Shown here: positions 11,901 through 58,715 of the stretch, piece after piece
How the letters are laid out: every line of letters starts with the position of its first letter
Numbering within the stretch: position 1 is the first letter of the stretch
NCBI GenBank assembly: GCA_012295275.1
Contig: CM022672.1
Span: forward strand, 1,488,001 to 1,552,000
Source of the DNA: Chrysomallon squamiferum
Lineage: Eukaryota > Animalia > Mollusca
DNA: 64,000 nucleotides
Direction: 5' to 3'
The notes under the pieces: generated by a model
What the model was told of the DNA's origin: nothing
The model's input: the letters and a program-made list of their open reading frames with translations, nothing else
Databases searched by the model: none
Program-made: the position numbers and the translations under genes

Positions 11901-14529
11901 TGCATAATAGTAATTTTATGTTGTTTGGACTGTCATATGTAGGTAAAATTAACACCTCAAATTATAAGCAAACTATTTTTTTGTTATTTGCAGATTATGT
12001 TAAGATAGAGATACAAAATGTACTGGTTGTGCATAACATATTTGTAAGAAACTGTTTTATTACTGGTCATACTAAGCAGATACATATGGTGTCTTTAGAA
12101 ATTAATGTTTATTGTTATGCTAATTTTATTTTTTAAAGTTTTTATTTTACTCAGTCGGAAGGCTGTGGAATATGTTAAAGGAATGTAGCAGAGCAATAAA
12201 TAATGGAAGTAATTTGTCTTTTTTCAATTATTATTAACGTCACAAATAATTGTTTTAACACAGAGAATAACACAAAACATGAAAGGATGCAGATTCGTGT
12301 TAGACACTTTCTTTAAATTTTATTTTCATTTCCCAGGATGTCTTCAAGATGTTTTCCTGCATCTGTTTGAAGCATGACAGGATGCAGGTTCAGTCCTAAG
12401 TGTTCCTATTAGTTTATTTAGTTTTGTTCAGCTTGCACTGTACATGTTTTCCTGTCTGAGAAGAGAGAAGGTGCATGATAAATGATATTTATTGCTGTTT
12501 ATTGGTAAGTAGTGGTAGCATGAGTCATCTATTTGATGAATGAGACAATCATCATGTCAGCAATTTCAAAACTTTTAAATTTCTATTCTCCAGATTATGA
12601 CTTGATTATCCCCAGAGTATGTTTGTAAGTTTGTATCATTTTACTAGACTGAAAAAAATAATGATAACAGTAACAACATAAAGCAAAGAAAAATTGTGAC
12701 ATTTTATTCAGATTTCACAGCTGAACAATAATTCACAATGGAAATATATCATGTACACATCTCTAACAATATCTGACTTCGTTATGAAAACTTGTGAATT
12801 CTTTGTAATTCAAAATAATAAAATTATTAAATATTTTAACATGCATTTATTAAATAATACATGTCCTTATTTGAGTTGATTACAATTTATGAAAATGAAG
12901 TAACAAAGGATAAGAAAATATAAATTACATTAATGTTTGCGTGGCTGTTTGGCTTTTATAAATATTCTTAGTTACTGAAAATAATTTTATAATAATAATC
13001 TTTGTGCTTTGTTGTATTATGTTACAAAATAAAAACAGTTTAAATATATAAATACCTTGTAAAACCTATAATTTCTTAAACTATGTTCATGAGATATTGA
13101 ATACACAGTATTTTATTTTATACTTCCAAGATATTGTTTAATTCAACCTTTTGTATGGACTGCCAAAATACATTTTAAGCAGTTACTTCAAAAAAGAGAA
13201 ATTGATTTATAGTCTAGACACAGAGGGAAAAAACACACCTTGTAAAAAGCTGAATATAAATGTTATTTGTTATTTTTATTTTTTTTATTCCCAAAATGAT
13301 AACTTTTTCAATGGTCAACTTTCATTTCTTTTTTCTTTTTAAATTAATAAGATTTATTAAGATCACTAACAAAGGTTTACTTCGTAAATCATAAAATAAC
13401 AATTATTTATACAATATAAAAAATAAAAAAACCCAGAAATTATTACAATAAAAAAATAATTAAAAAATTATAAATTAATCACAAAGTTCACAAATATCAA
13501 CATTAATCTGTACAACTTTACAGTTTTGGACTGGGGGTTGGGGAGTGTGGGGTGAAAATGGAGGGGGACAGGACGTAGACTATGTACACTGTACAAAATA
13601 AAAAATACTGGCAAAAATGTAATATCGACTTGATCTTATATACATGCATATTATATATATGTAAAATGTCTTTGTTTGTCAATGAATATATATATATATA
13701 TATATAAAATCATGCCAGAATGCATGCTTATGATCTCAGCTGTGACGTGAAAAAAACAACCCAGTAAGAATATCAGTTAAACTGAAGTTTATAAATGCTG
13801 ACTGTATAAAAGCAAATTATGTTACAGTTGAGATGATATATATATATATATATATCAAAATGGCATTTTTATTCGGCTCAGCTGATTTTAAATATGGCAA
13901 TATTTTAAGAGAAATAATAAAGTTTCAAAACAATGTTTCATTTCATATTTCACATAGAAGAAGATATTACCTATCTCTATTATTAGAGTCTTGTAAATAA
14001 AACATTATTTGGCTAAATATAGCAAGGACAATAAAAAAAGATTTAAAAAAAATAAATAAAATAAAATATAACAGGCAAAACAAGAATGTTTCTTTCCCCT
14101 CATGTTAAAATTAATTTTTGTTTCTAGAGTATGTAATAAAATTAGGAAATAAAACTTGGCTTATGATTACATATAATTTTTTAGTTTACTTATAAGTCCC
14201 GTGTTTCTTCTTGGATCTTCTATCACATTTTAAAGGTATATATGATTTTAAAGATCAGTCTGTTCTTTAAATTTGCAAACCATCATTTTATTTTGAAATT
14301 AATTAACACATCACACCTGTGAAGATGTTAAGTATCTATTATTTGTCTGAACAACCTTAATTTTGTGTTAAAATAAATCTGAAATGTGTCAAAGACTAAC
14401 CAAGACTGGAATCCAGGTTATTGTAATGGTAACTTCAAATGCCATTTTTAATTTAATATCTAACGGGTAGGTAAGACCAAGATTTATAAATAAATAGATA
14501 TTAATTCATGATTTCTTGAGATAATAGAT

Positions 14530-15410
14530 TTACTCTCAGTTATCTGATTTATGTTAGTATTATCTATCCACATGTAGGTTTGATTTTTACATGATAAATT
14601 TAAAATATCTCTATGTAGTATTAATTAAATAAGTATGTTTATGTAAATGTTATGGTTGAAATAGATTAACTTTCATCTAATCTATATTTAGTTTAATCTT
14701 TACATGATAAATCTGAAATCTATGTAAGTATTAAATCAGTAGTATATGTATGTAAATGTTATGGCTGAAATAGATTTACTTTTTTCTCTCTATATTTAGT
14801 TTGATCTTTAGATAACAAATCTAAAATGCCTCTATATATTAAATAAGTACAAATATGTTATAAGTGAAATAGATTTACTTTTATCCATCTTCATTTAGTT
14901 CTGATAAATTTGAAATCCCTATATGTATCAAATAAGTATATATATCTATATGTAATTACAGTTGATATGACCAAAATTGGTTTATTATTTTTTATCTTTA
15001 TGTGACAAAATTAAAATCACTATAAGTATTACATAAGTACATGTAAGAAAATGTTATCAGATAGAAAAAATTTACTGTAACAAGTGTTGATCATTATGAC
15101 AAATCTTACATCCCTGTGTATCCCTGTATGTATTAAATAAGTAAATGTATGTAAATATTGTCATTAAGATAAGATTCATTTTTTCTATCTATATTTAGTT
15201 TTGATTTCTAACTGACAAATCTAATATATTAAATAAGTACATTTACTTTCAGTTATTTAAATTTTATTTATTAATTTTTTGTGATAAACTTAAAAAACAC
15301 TAAATGTATTATAATAAGTACAAGTTTATAAATGTTATGAGAAAGAATTAGATTTTCTCTTTATTATTAATTTTTATGTGTATCATAAGTACATGTATAT
15401 AAATGTAAAT
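14530..15410. repeat. Degenerate tandem repeat, unit about 100-110 bp
   Basis: Recurring ATTTAGTTTGATCTTTA..ATAAATCTGAAAT..TATTAAATAAGTA..TGTAAATGTTATGG.TGAAATAGATT; anchors near 14641, 14751, 14851 and 15151. Confidence 0.7.
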
Positions 15411-15764
15411 AAGGTGATTTACGAATGGATTTTGAAATAAACTGAGGTAAAAATGTTTTAATTTTAAGCTTTAATGAATATATTTAATAAAAGACCATGA
15501 GTTAAGAAATTTGTAAGTTTTAATTTAAAATTTTTGTCCCATTATTTCAGTTGAAAATCAGTCCAGAACAAATTCCAAAACTAACAAAAAAGAATAAGAT
15601 TTCAATTTGTTACAAATATAAAAAAAATAATAATAATAATAATAAAAAAAAAAAAAAATTTTTTTTATTAAAAACAATGAATGGTTTACTGTTTTCTTAC
15701 TATAAATTACCTGATAAATTAATAAATGAACTGGTAAGTAAATCATAAAACATCTAAGACTCTG

Positions 15765-16375
15765 TTAGGAATTCATCATTATGAGAATCTAATGGGAAAT
15801 GATCACAGGATGAGGTTAAAGCATAAAACAACTCTTCATGATCAGGAGGAACTAATGGGAAATGGTTACACATGGGGAATTATATAAAATGTGATAATTC
15901 ATGATTGAGAGACACTAACTGTAAATGGGCAATGGTTACAAGATTAATGGAGAGAAAACATGATTAACACTTCACAAATTGTTAATGGTTACAATTTAAG
16001 AGAATGGAAGAAAAATGATTTATCAGTTCATTGTTAAAATATTCTAATAGACAATGGTTACGAGATAATTTCAATACAAATTGTAGAAAAATTATAAAAA
16101 GACTTGACAATTCATGATTAAAATAAGCTAATTGTTACATCTTGCTGGAAGTTATGGTTACAAAAGATATCTGACATGATTTTACAAAACCAATAAACAA
16201 TGCTCACATTATGAGATAATTTGGTTACGGATAATAATTTAAAAAAAACACAATTCAAAATTAAAATAAATTAATGGGCAATGGTTACATTCTGTTGGAA
16301 AAATATGGTTACAAATTAAGAGGAAAAGAAATCTGACATGATCCGTGGGAAACTAATGGGAAATGGTTACAGTTT
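15765..16375. repeat. Degenerate tandem repeat with (CTAATGGGA)AATGGTTACA core, spacing about 55-80 bp
   Basis: The TGGTTAC core recurs near 15861, 15931, 15985, 16053, 16153, 16222, 16281, 16305 and 16362. Confidence 0.65.
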
Positions 16376-16672
16376 TATAAGACCTGAATTCTGTATAACT
16401 TACAGTTATATACATAATATACAAACCAGTGTAAAACAAGATGAACAGTTATGTACAGACTAAAAGACTACAACACTCACACATGCACAAACATTGGCAC
16501 AGCACCATCAGGTAAGTTTTATTTATTTTCAAGTGTAACAGTGTTAGAGAAAAGTCATCAGCATTTCGTCATTTCAATATTAGCATTTTTTTGTACCACA
16601 TTTTTGAGTGTGTGTGATGTGAATATGTGTATGTGAGGTGTGTGTATGTGCTATGTGAATGTGTGCATGTGA

Positions 16673-16713
<41 letters not shown>

Positions 16714-16987
16714 AGGTGACCCATGAATGGTAATGAAACAATTGCTTATAAAGTAATAAAATAAAAATAATTTTAGGGTTTTTTTTTAAATGTTTAGTAT
16801 GCATATATGCATATCATTATATTGTGTTGAAGTGCTTATCTGTGTTTTACTTATGTTTCAGGTAAATCCAAAATATAATTGTAAAATATATATTTATTAA
16901 TTTAACTGGGGAAAACCACTGGTTTATATCGTATTTAACTCAGTGAAATAACATCAGTATTCCAGTTCATCTGTTCAGAAACAAATT

Positions 16988-17019
<32 letters not shown>

Positions 17020-17167
17020 AAAAAAATAATAATAATAAAATCTTTTGGTAATGAATAAAAATGTACCCCTGAAATATTCATCTATTAAAACTGATTTTTC
17101 AGATATTTACAAATAATTTAAATTTTTTTCAAAAGATAAAACATTTACAAACCTGCAATTATTTTTC

Positions 17168-17214
<47 letters not shown>

Positions 17215-17370
17215 TAAAGGAAAAAACCCCAAACTTTAACATACTGTTAAATTATTTTAGCATATTAAATCTTTAATTAAAATCCATTCTTAAACAATAC
17301 CCCCTCCAAAAAACAAATATGTAAATAAATTAATATGAAAAAAAAGCTACAGCCATAAACAAATTAATAA

Positions 17371-17435
<65 letters not shown>

Positions 17436-17645
17436 AATGTTAACCAAAAATTAATATTACGCAAAAAAAAAGAAAAAAGAAGAAGACTTACTTAAATTCA
17501 GTTCAGTCACATAATGAATTACTCATTAAACAATTACCCAAGTGGTATGTAGTTGTTAAGGCTATCACGATATATTAACATATATATACTTTATTATCAC
17601 TTGTAAAAAAAACATGTACAAATCAAACACATAATGCACCTTGAG

Positions 17646-51562
<33,917 letters not shown>

Positions 51563-51701
51563 CTATTAAAATAAAACACATCATTAGTAACAAGGAATAT
51601 AAACCTTAAGAAGATCTTCATCTATTTTAAAACAAAAGTGATGATGTATACATGTTTTTATATGATAGAGAAAGATAGAGCTGTAGAGATATAGACATGT
51701 C

Positions 51702-51714
51702 AGTTGTGTTATGT

Positions 51715-51750
<36 letters not shown>

Positions 51751-51834
51751 CTGTGTGTATGTCTGTGTGTGTGATTGTGTGCGTGTGTGTGTGTCTGTGT
51801 GTGTGTCTGCGTGTGTGTGTGTCTGTGTGTGTGT

Positions 51835-51883
<49 letters not shown>

Positions 51884-51963
51884 TGTGTGTGTGTGTGTTT
51901 GTGTGTATGTCTGTGTGTGTGTGTGTGTTTGTGTGTCTGTGTGTGTGTCTGTGTGTGTGTGTG

Positions 51964-52009
<46 letters not shown>
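51702..52009. repeat. Long imperfect (TG)n microsatellite
   Basis: Direct reading; source of several spurious HT/CV ORFs. Confidence 0.95.
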
Positions 52010-53164
52010 TGGGAGGAAGAATGATAAAAATAAAAATATACAACAATAAACATTTTGAAAAAAAAAAAAAAAACCCAATAAAACTAATGATCTATCTAAC
52101 AGTCCAGGCAAATTGTTGATTTGCACAAAGAGGAAAAAAGTTAAGAAGGTTTATTATTATTTTTCTTTTCACAAGAGGAATTTCAAAGCATTTGTAAATT
52201 GAGTCTTCAGAATGCAGATAAAATATTCATCTTCAAAAGAATAATTCCTTTTCATGACTGAAAGAAATCTTTCAGAGATTAAATTTTAATTATTTTAGAA
52301 ATATCATGCTAAGGCAAGTTATCAGTTAGTCACAGAAGTTAAGCTGCCTAAAAAGGTAATTTAAAAAAATAATAATAATAATGGTAATAAATATAGAAAT
52401 AAAATAAAATAAAAATATAAACAGATTTAAAATACTATAAAGTAATTTATGAAAAAATAGAATGTAATATATTGTAGCAGAATATGCAACAAAATCATAA
52501 TACAGAATATAAAATAGAATGGAAATGAAAAAGGAATAAAAAATAATAAATATAAAATTTATTAATAACAAAATAGATCTATTAACAAGAAGAAAAAAGA
52601 GAATATTTTAAACAGTTATTTATTTTATACAAAGGTCATTAAGGATAACATCATCAAAAAAACTTCAAATTTTCAAAGCCTGTGACCATCAGAAAACATT
52701 CATCACATGTATATATACATATATGTATACACACATTCACATACATACTGACCATTCTATCATTTGCTGCATGTATTTGTAAGCCAGGCATCAAGATATA
52801 GTTGGGAAATGAGTATCTCCAGTGATTGCAGGGAGAAAAATGGAGGCTAAGAATCAAATTTCTCAAGTCACCATTCAGTTTCTTGTTACTAATTACTGTG
52901 GTATTTCAACAGAGAGATAATTCAGAACTATCTGTAGCTTTAGAACAAAACAAACCACACAACTAAGACTTTTTTCTTTTTTCAGAAAAACAACGACTCT
53001 TAATGAGCTACTTCAGTTTCACAGCCTTCTGCATTTTAAGTGGATGTTCTTGTCAGTCAAATCCCCTTCAAAATATGAAAGATTTCTCAATATCTCTTTG
53101 AGAACAGACTGCACATTTTTTGCACTGGTTAGCTTAAACTGCTTATTTCTAACTGTACAATGCT

Positions 53165-53460
53165 GGATATTACTCAGTGATAAAGAACTTGACTATTTGT
53201 AGATCCAGAGCAGGATCAATCCTCATCACTGGAACCCTTCACGTTATTCTACATTCCAGCAAGAGCTCCATTAACAAAGACCGAACTGCACTCTCCTGTT
53301 TGTGGGATGGTCTATATGAAAGATGCCTTGCTGCTAATTCAAATAAGGTGCCAGTAATACAGATGTTGCTGTGTTTTCTTTTTAATTACAGTTATACTGA
53401 ACAATAATAATGTTATATTAAAGTGACTGGAATGTGAGGTTAAATAAAACATCACTTCCT
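53165..53460 (+). mobile_element. Degraded tRNA-derived SINE with a conserved central domain (MetaSINE-like)
   Basis: A-box-like TTACTCAGTGA, B-box-like GGATCAATCC, central CCTGTTTGTGGGATGGTCTATATGAAAGATGCCTTGCTGCTAAT, tail GTTAAATAAAACATCACTTCC. Related fragments occur elsewhere in the window. The family name is from memory. Confidence 0.6.
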
Positions 53461-53945
53461 CACAACTGCTAGTAATATAAACAACAAAGCTACCTGCATT
53501 TAGTCACAGTTTTAAACAGCACATAAATATTTGTACAATCTGCTGATAGTGCCAAGTGTTAATTTCACTCATTTAGCAATGTGCACTAGTTACCAGGTCT
53601 AATGAAAACCAGGACAGTGAAGAATTCCAAACTCTTACAAAGAAAACAAGATGGTGGGATGGATGGAGATACAAATATATATAACCAGATAATGAAATTC
53701 CAAAATTAAAATTCAAAATAATGGATAGAATATAAGTATAAAATTAATTATAAGATAGAGGGCTTGTGCTGTGTAGTTAAGATGTCTGGTTATTTGATTA
53801 ATCTACAACATTTTAGTATATTATAAGTATTTTGATAAAAACTATATCAAGATACTAATATTACTAATAAAGATCTCTTATTTATACATACACAAATATT
53901 ATATTATATATTCATATATAAACACACATAAAATAACCTTAAAGT

Positions 53946-53987
<42 letters not shown>

Positions 53988-54389
53988 TCTAAAAACCAAT
54001 ACATCAGAAGTCTGTTTTGATGGATTATATAAATTTTTTTCTAGTCATCTAATTTTCCTTTCCATGGTTTTAAATTATTAATTTAATTGAGTAAAGCTCT
54101 TCAGTTTACCACTAGCCAAGATTGTGGCACATATAAAAAATTTAACATATCATAAATGTAATCTGAAATCACTAGATTCTCGTATTTCAAAAAAAAAAAA
54201 AAAAAATACAATAATATATTTCACACACACACACGCTCAAACACATAAATGCCACCACAAAAATGCACACAATACATCCATAGACATATGTAATGGATGT
54301 GCACATTTAGACACACACACACACACAACTGGATACATTCATAAACATAAACACAAACTGAAGCATAAACACATACAGAGACACACACA

Positions 54390-54530
<141 letters not shown>

Positions 54531-55206
54531 CATTTAAAAACATTCCTCCAGTAACACTTTTATTCTTTTGGGCAGCTCTATCAGATTTACAACTGCAGTG
54601 ATGAAAGCACCTGATGTATTTGTTTTCTAACTAAAATAGAAACAGTTGTGTCTCTCGAAGTGCTCACTGATAACAGCAAATGAAAAACTACATAAACATC
54701 AAAAGCTACAAAATGAGTTGGGGAAAGCTCTAAACATTTCAAAAAGGCTCTGAAGATCAGCTCTACAAATTGACCTATAGGAGCTAGACCACTTCACCCA
54801 GTCTGGTACAAGACTTACAAATACTCATGGACCACTGGCCCAAAGCTCAATATAATATAAACTGATAGAGCATAAAATACTGTGTGATCAACAAAAAAAA
54901 AAATAGATTTCTGCTGATTGCCAGAAAAATTCCTCTCTTGACAGTTAAATAAATTCCACTGTGAAAGTTAATAATGGTATTAAAGATATTTTAGCACACA
55001 AAGTTCGTGCCATTAGTGTGGTGAATAATGGAAGTTTTCTGTATTATTTGTTTTTGTTGGCATTACAAGTGAAAGATAACAGTGTGAGTAATAATGAACC
55101 GAAAAGTAATGTTTAGATAATATCTGTGTGGGTTTTAAATAAAGTTTGAAAAAATAATGAAATATAGATTTTTTGGGGTGCTAATATTTATTATAGAATA
55201 AGTGAG

Positions 55207-55353
<147 letters not shown>

Positions 55354-55893
55354 TACACATTGAAGTAATTAAAGAAGTTTTTATATTTCTTTGCTATCAA
55401 CATGTAATTGTGGGGCATAATCACAGTATAAACTAGGTACACAAAACAGATCAAGTTAAAAAGTGAAGTTATTACACAAAATGTAGGTATTACAAGCAAT
55501 GTATAATCTACATGAACTTGAACCACATTAAACTAAATATATAAATATACATAAGTGATTTAAACTCAAGATCTGAAGTGGTCTAATTCTGTGCTGGTAT
55601 TTTGATAAATGATTGTGTCTGAATTCATAAATATATATTTTTTTAAGTATGTACTTCAGTGCTTGACAAGAACCTGTATGAGTATCAAGTGCATACTATA
55701 TATATTTTGTATTTGTTTGCACAGTGTGGTTGTGCATGCACTGGCATATATACATGTATAGATGGGGAAACACAGATACAAACTATGCTATAGAGTTTTA
55801 TAGAAAACATATGCACATAAAATGTATATCAGAAAATATTTGTGTGTGCTTATGTATCAAAAAAAGTATGCGTGTTTGTGTTTACTTATCTTT

Positions 55894-55925
<32 letters not shown>

Positions 55926-56409
55926 ACACACTCACACAGATACATTCAAATGCAATAAATCCAAATTAATAGATTACAAAAAAATTAGCCATTGTTGATA
56001 ATTATTTCATGATATTTACATTCTATTATAACGTAGACAAAACAAAGGAGAAAGAAAAAAAGAGAAAATTAAAAACAGTATTAGACATAAGCAGACATCA
56101 AAGAGTACAAATTGTGATCATGATACTCCTTTGTGTAATTTCTTGTATGATTCCAGACAAAATGAATTAAGAGATGGAAATTGTGTTCTATTATAGAACT
56201 CTGCAGACTGCTCAGAATGAAACAGACAAGAGATAAGTATACATATGGAATTACAAACTACACAACACGGTAAACGATCAATGGAAACAGTTGATCATAT
56301 TTAGCTTAAATCAAAGAACACGGAAACATCAAATGGCTTAGATATAAAGTGAAATTATACAGTGATCAAGTCATTGTTAAAGGGCATTAAACTAAATGAA
56401 TAAAGGACA

Positions 56410-56555
56410 GAAAGAAATGGTTGAGTTAATGACACATACAATTATTTAAACATTTTATTTACAGTTACATGGCATAGGATATAGAGTTTTAGATGTGTGA
56501 TTAAGGACTACTTAAATGGCAATACATGAAACCTGCTACCTCTACTTCAAAGATG
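56410..56555 (-). mobile_element. SINE 3'-half remnant
   Basis: AAAGAAATG..TTAATGACAC..ACATTTTATTTACAGTTACATGGC..TTAAGGAC..GAAACCTGCT; shares motifs with 35275-35345 and 58030-58100. Confidence 0.45.
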
Positions 56556-57419
56556 ACTTTGTAATTTCTAATTAACTCATTGTTTCCCATTCCAGCCGGT
56601 GCCCCATTAATTAAGATTTATTAACAAGAAAGTAAATTACAAACCATCCCTTATAGCTGATGGACATGATTTGTCTTTGACATCCAGAACATGTAATTTA
56701 ACCATTTTGTAAACCTGGTTTGTGATTAAAATGTTAACCTGTGTCATTTTTGCCTGGGGGTACACATTCAGATGGGAGTTACAGATTCAGAGGGTCAAAC
56801 CATCTTTTAAAACAGGACTTGTAATTAAACCATTTTCTAAAACAGTTTTTTTTTTTTTTTAATTAAATCATTTTATAATCCAAGACTTAAGTTAAAATTA
56901 CATTTCTAAGCTTTTAATTCTACATGCTGAGATTTTCTTTCAGTTATTATTAACTCAGTACTGGAAAAGCTTTATGGATTAAAATCATTCCAGTGCATTT
57001 AATATGACATTATAATTTTAAACCGATTGTTTTTTTGTTTTTTTAAATCTGTGAGACTTGAAAATGGACAAAAGAACAATTGTTATGTACTTCAGTGACT
57101 GCTGCTAAAACCTTTCCCAGCGGTGAATTAAATCAATATTTATAAAACAGCTTTCATATAAAAAATATTTAACATAGTAATCTATACAGGATTAAATATA
57201 TAAAAATATTTCACAAAGTGTACATTCATGGATGCATTAAAGGATTATAAAATATAAATGAATTTGGCTGTGAATATCAACTCAGTATGTATTCAAAACC
57301 TATAAATCATAATCTATTTTCCACAAATAATAAGAAACAAACAGGAAAAAATCCCACAATCATCAAGCATTTCATGAAAATATTCTTTCAGCAACAAAAG
57401 AAAATATACTTTCACTGGA

Positions 57420-57457
<38 letters not shown>

Positions 57458-58029
57458 ATAGAACCACACTCCATAATGATGAAATAAATGAAATATTCCA
57501 CGTGATGTGAAAAAAGCCAACAGTGAATTCTCAGATATGCTAATATCTTTACCATGTCACGTTATCCATGGAACCGACATCAATGGTTACAGCAATATTA
57601 CACTGGCCGTAATCAGAAAGAATTTCCCCTAGCCTTCGCGTCTGAAGGATTATACAGCGGGCTCTGACATACTGATAATTTGATTTTCACTCAGCTGTCA
57701 GATCAGGCGAGCAGAGAAGTCGAATCTCTTTCACTAACAGTCATCACACAATTAGATTTAGATGAGTTCTAGTCCCGCGATCTGCGCTTTCCATGTCACA
57801 TATGTTTTAAAGCAATTACGGGTGTGTGTGACGTACATGAGATGATTTCAAATAAGAAAGAATTGAAAAAGCGATCACGAAAATGCAAGGTGTTTGGAGA
57901 GGTTATGAGAGAATCTTTCATCAGTCTTGCTTGTAATGTGAGTGCCAGGGTAGATGTTTTCTTTAAGACTTCTTTCAAGTTATGTTTTCATTCTCTCATG
58001 TTTATATAACGGGGTTTTTTTGGTTTTTT

Positions 58030-58100
58030 GAGTAGAAACCTGCTTTCCACTACGCTATGGGCTACTCATGTTGATTACAAGAGATCTTTTATTTGCAGCA
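58030..58100 (-). mobile_element. SINE central-domain remnant
   Basis: GAAACCTGCT..ATGGGCTACTC..GATCTTTTATTTGCA; aligns with 41675-41716. Confidence 0.45.
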
Positions 58101-58162
58101 GATGACTGACAAGAAAGTAGGCAAACCAGCAAGTTTGATCAGATTCCATCTACTTTCTTGTT

Positions 58163-58715
58163 CAAAATTACTGAAATAGATCCCTGTTATTAAAACAGAT
58201 CAAAGTTATTGACACAGCTCAAAGTTACTGAAACAGATCAAAGTTATTGGAACAGATCAAAGTTACCGAAATAGATCAATATTTGAGAATCAGATGAAAA
58301 TTACTAAATCTGGTCAAAATTACTGATCAGATTAAATTTAATGAACTTCAATTAGAACAAATGTATAGAATCAGATCAGGTTTACTGAAACAGATAAAAA
58401 CGTTCCTGAATTAGATCAAACTTTCTGAATCTGGTCACAATTACTGAATCTGATCAAAGCTGGTTGGTCAGATCACATTTACTGAATCAGATCAAAGTTA
58501 CTGAACCTCATCACTTACTGAATCTGATCAAAGTTACTGAAACATAACTTTCTGACCCTCATCACTTACTGAATCTGATCAAAGTTACTGAAACAGATGA
58601 AAATTAATGAATTATATCAAACATACTGAAACAAGTGAAGCTTACTGATTTTGTCTACACTTATTGAATCAGATCACACTGAGTCTGATCAAGCTTACTG
58701 AAGTATATCAGTCTT
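58163..58715. repeat. 19-bp minisatellite (CAAAGTTACTGAAACAGAT), degenerate
   Basis: Exact 19-bp period at 58201, 58220, 58239 and 58258; more diverged copies continue to about 58715. Confidence 0.9.
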
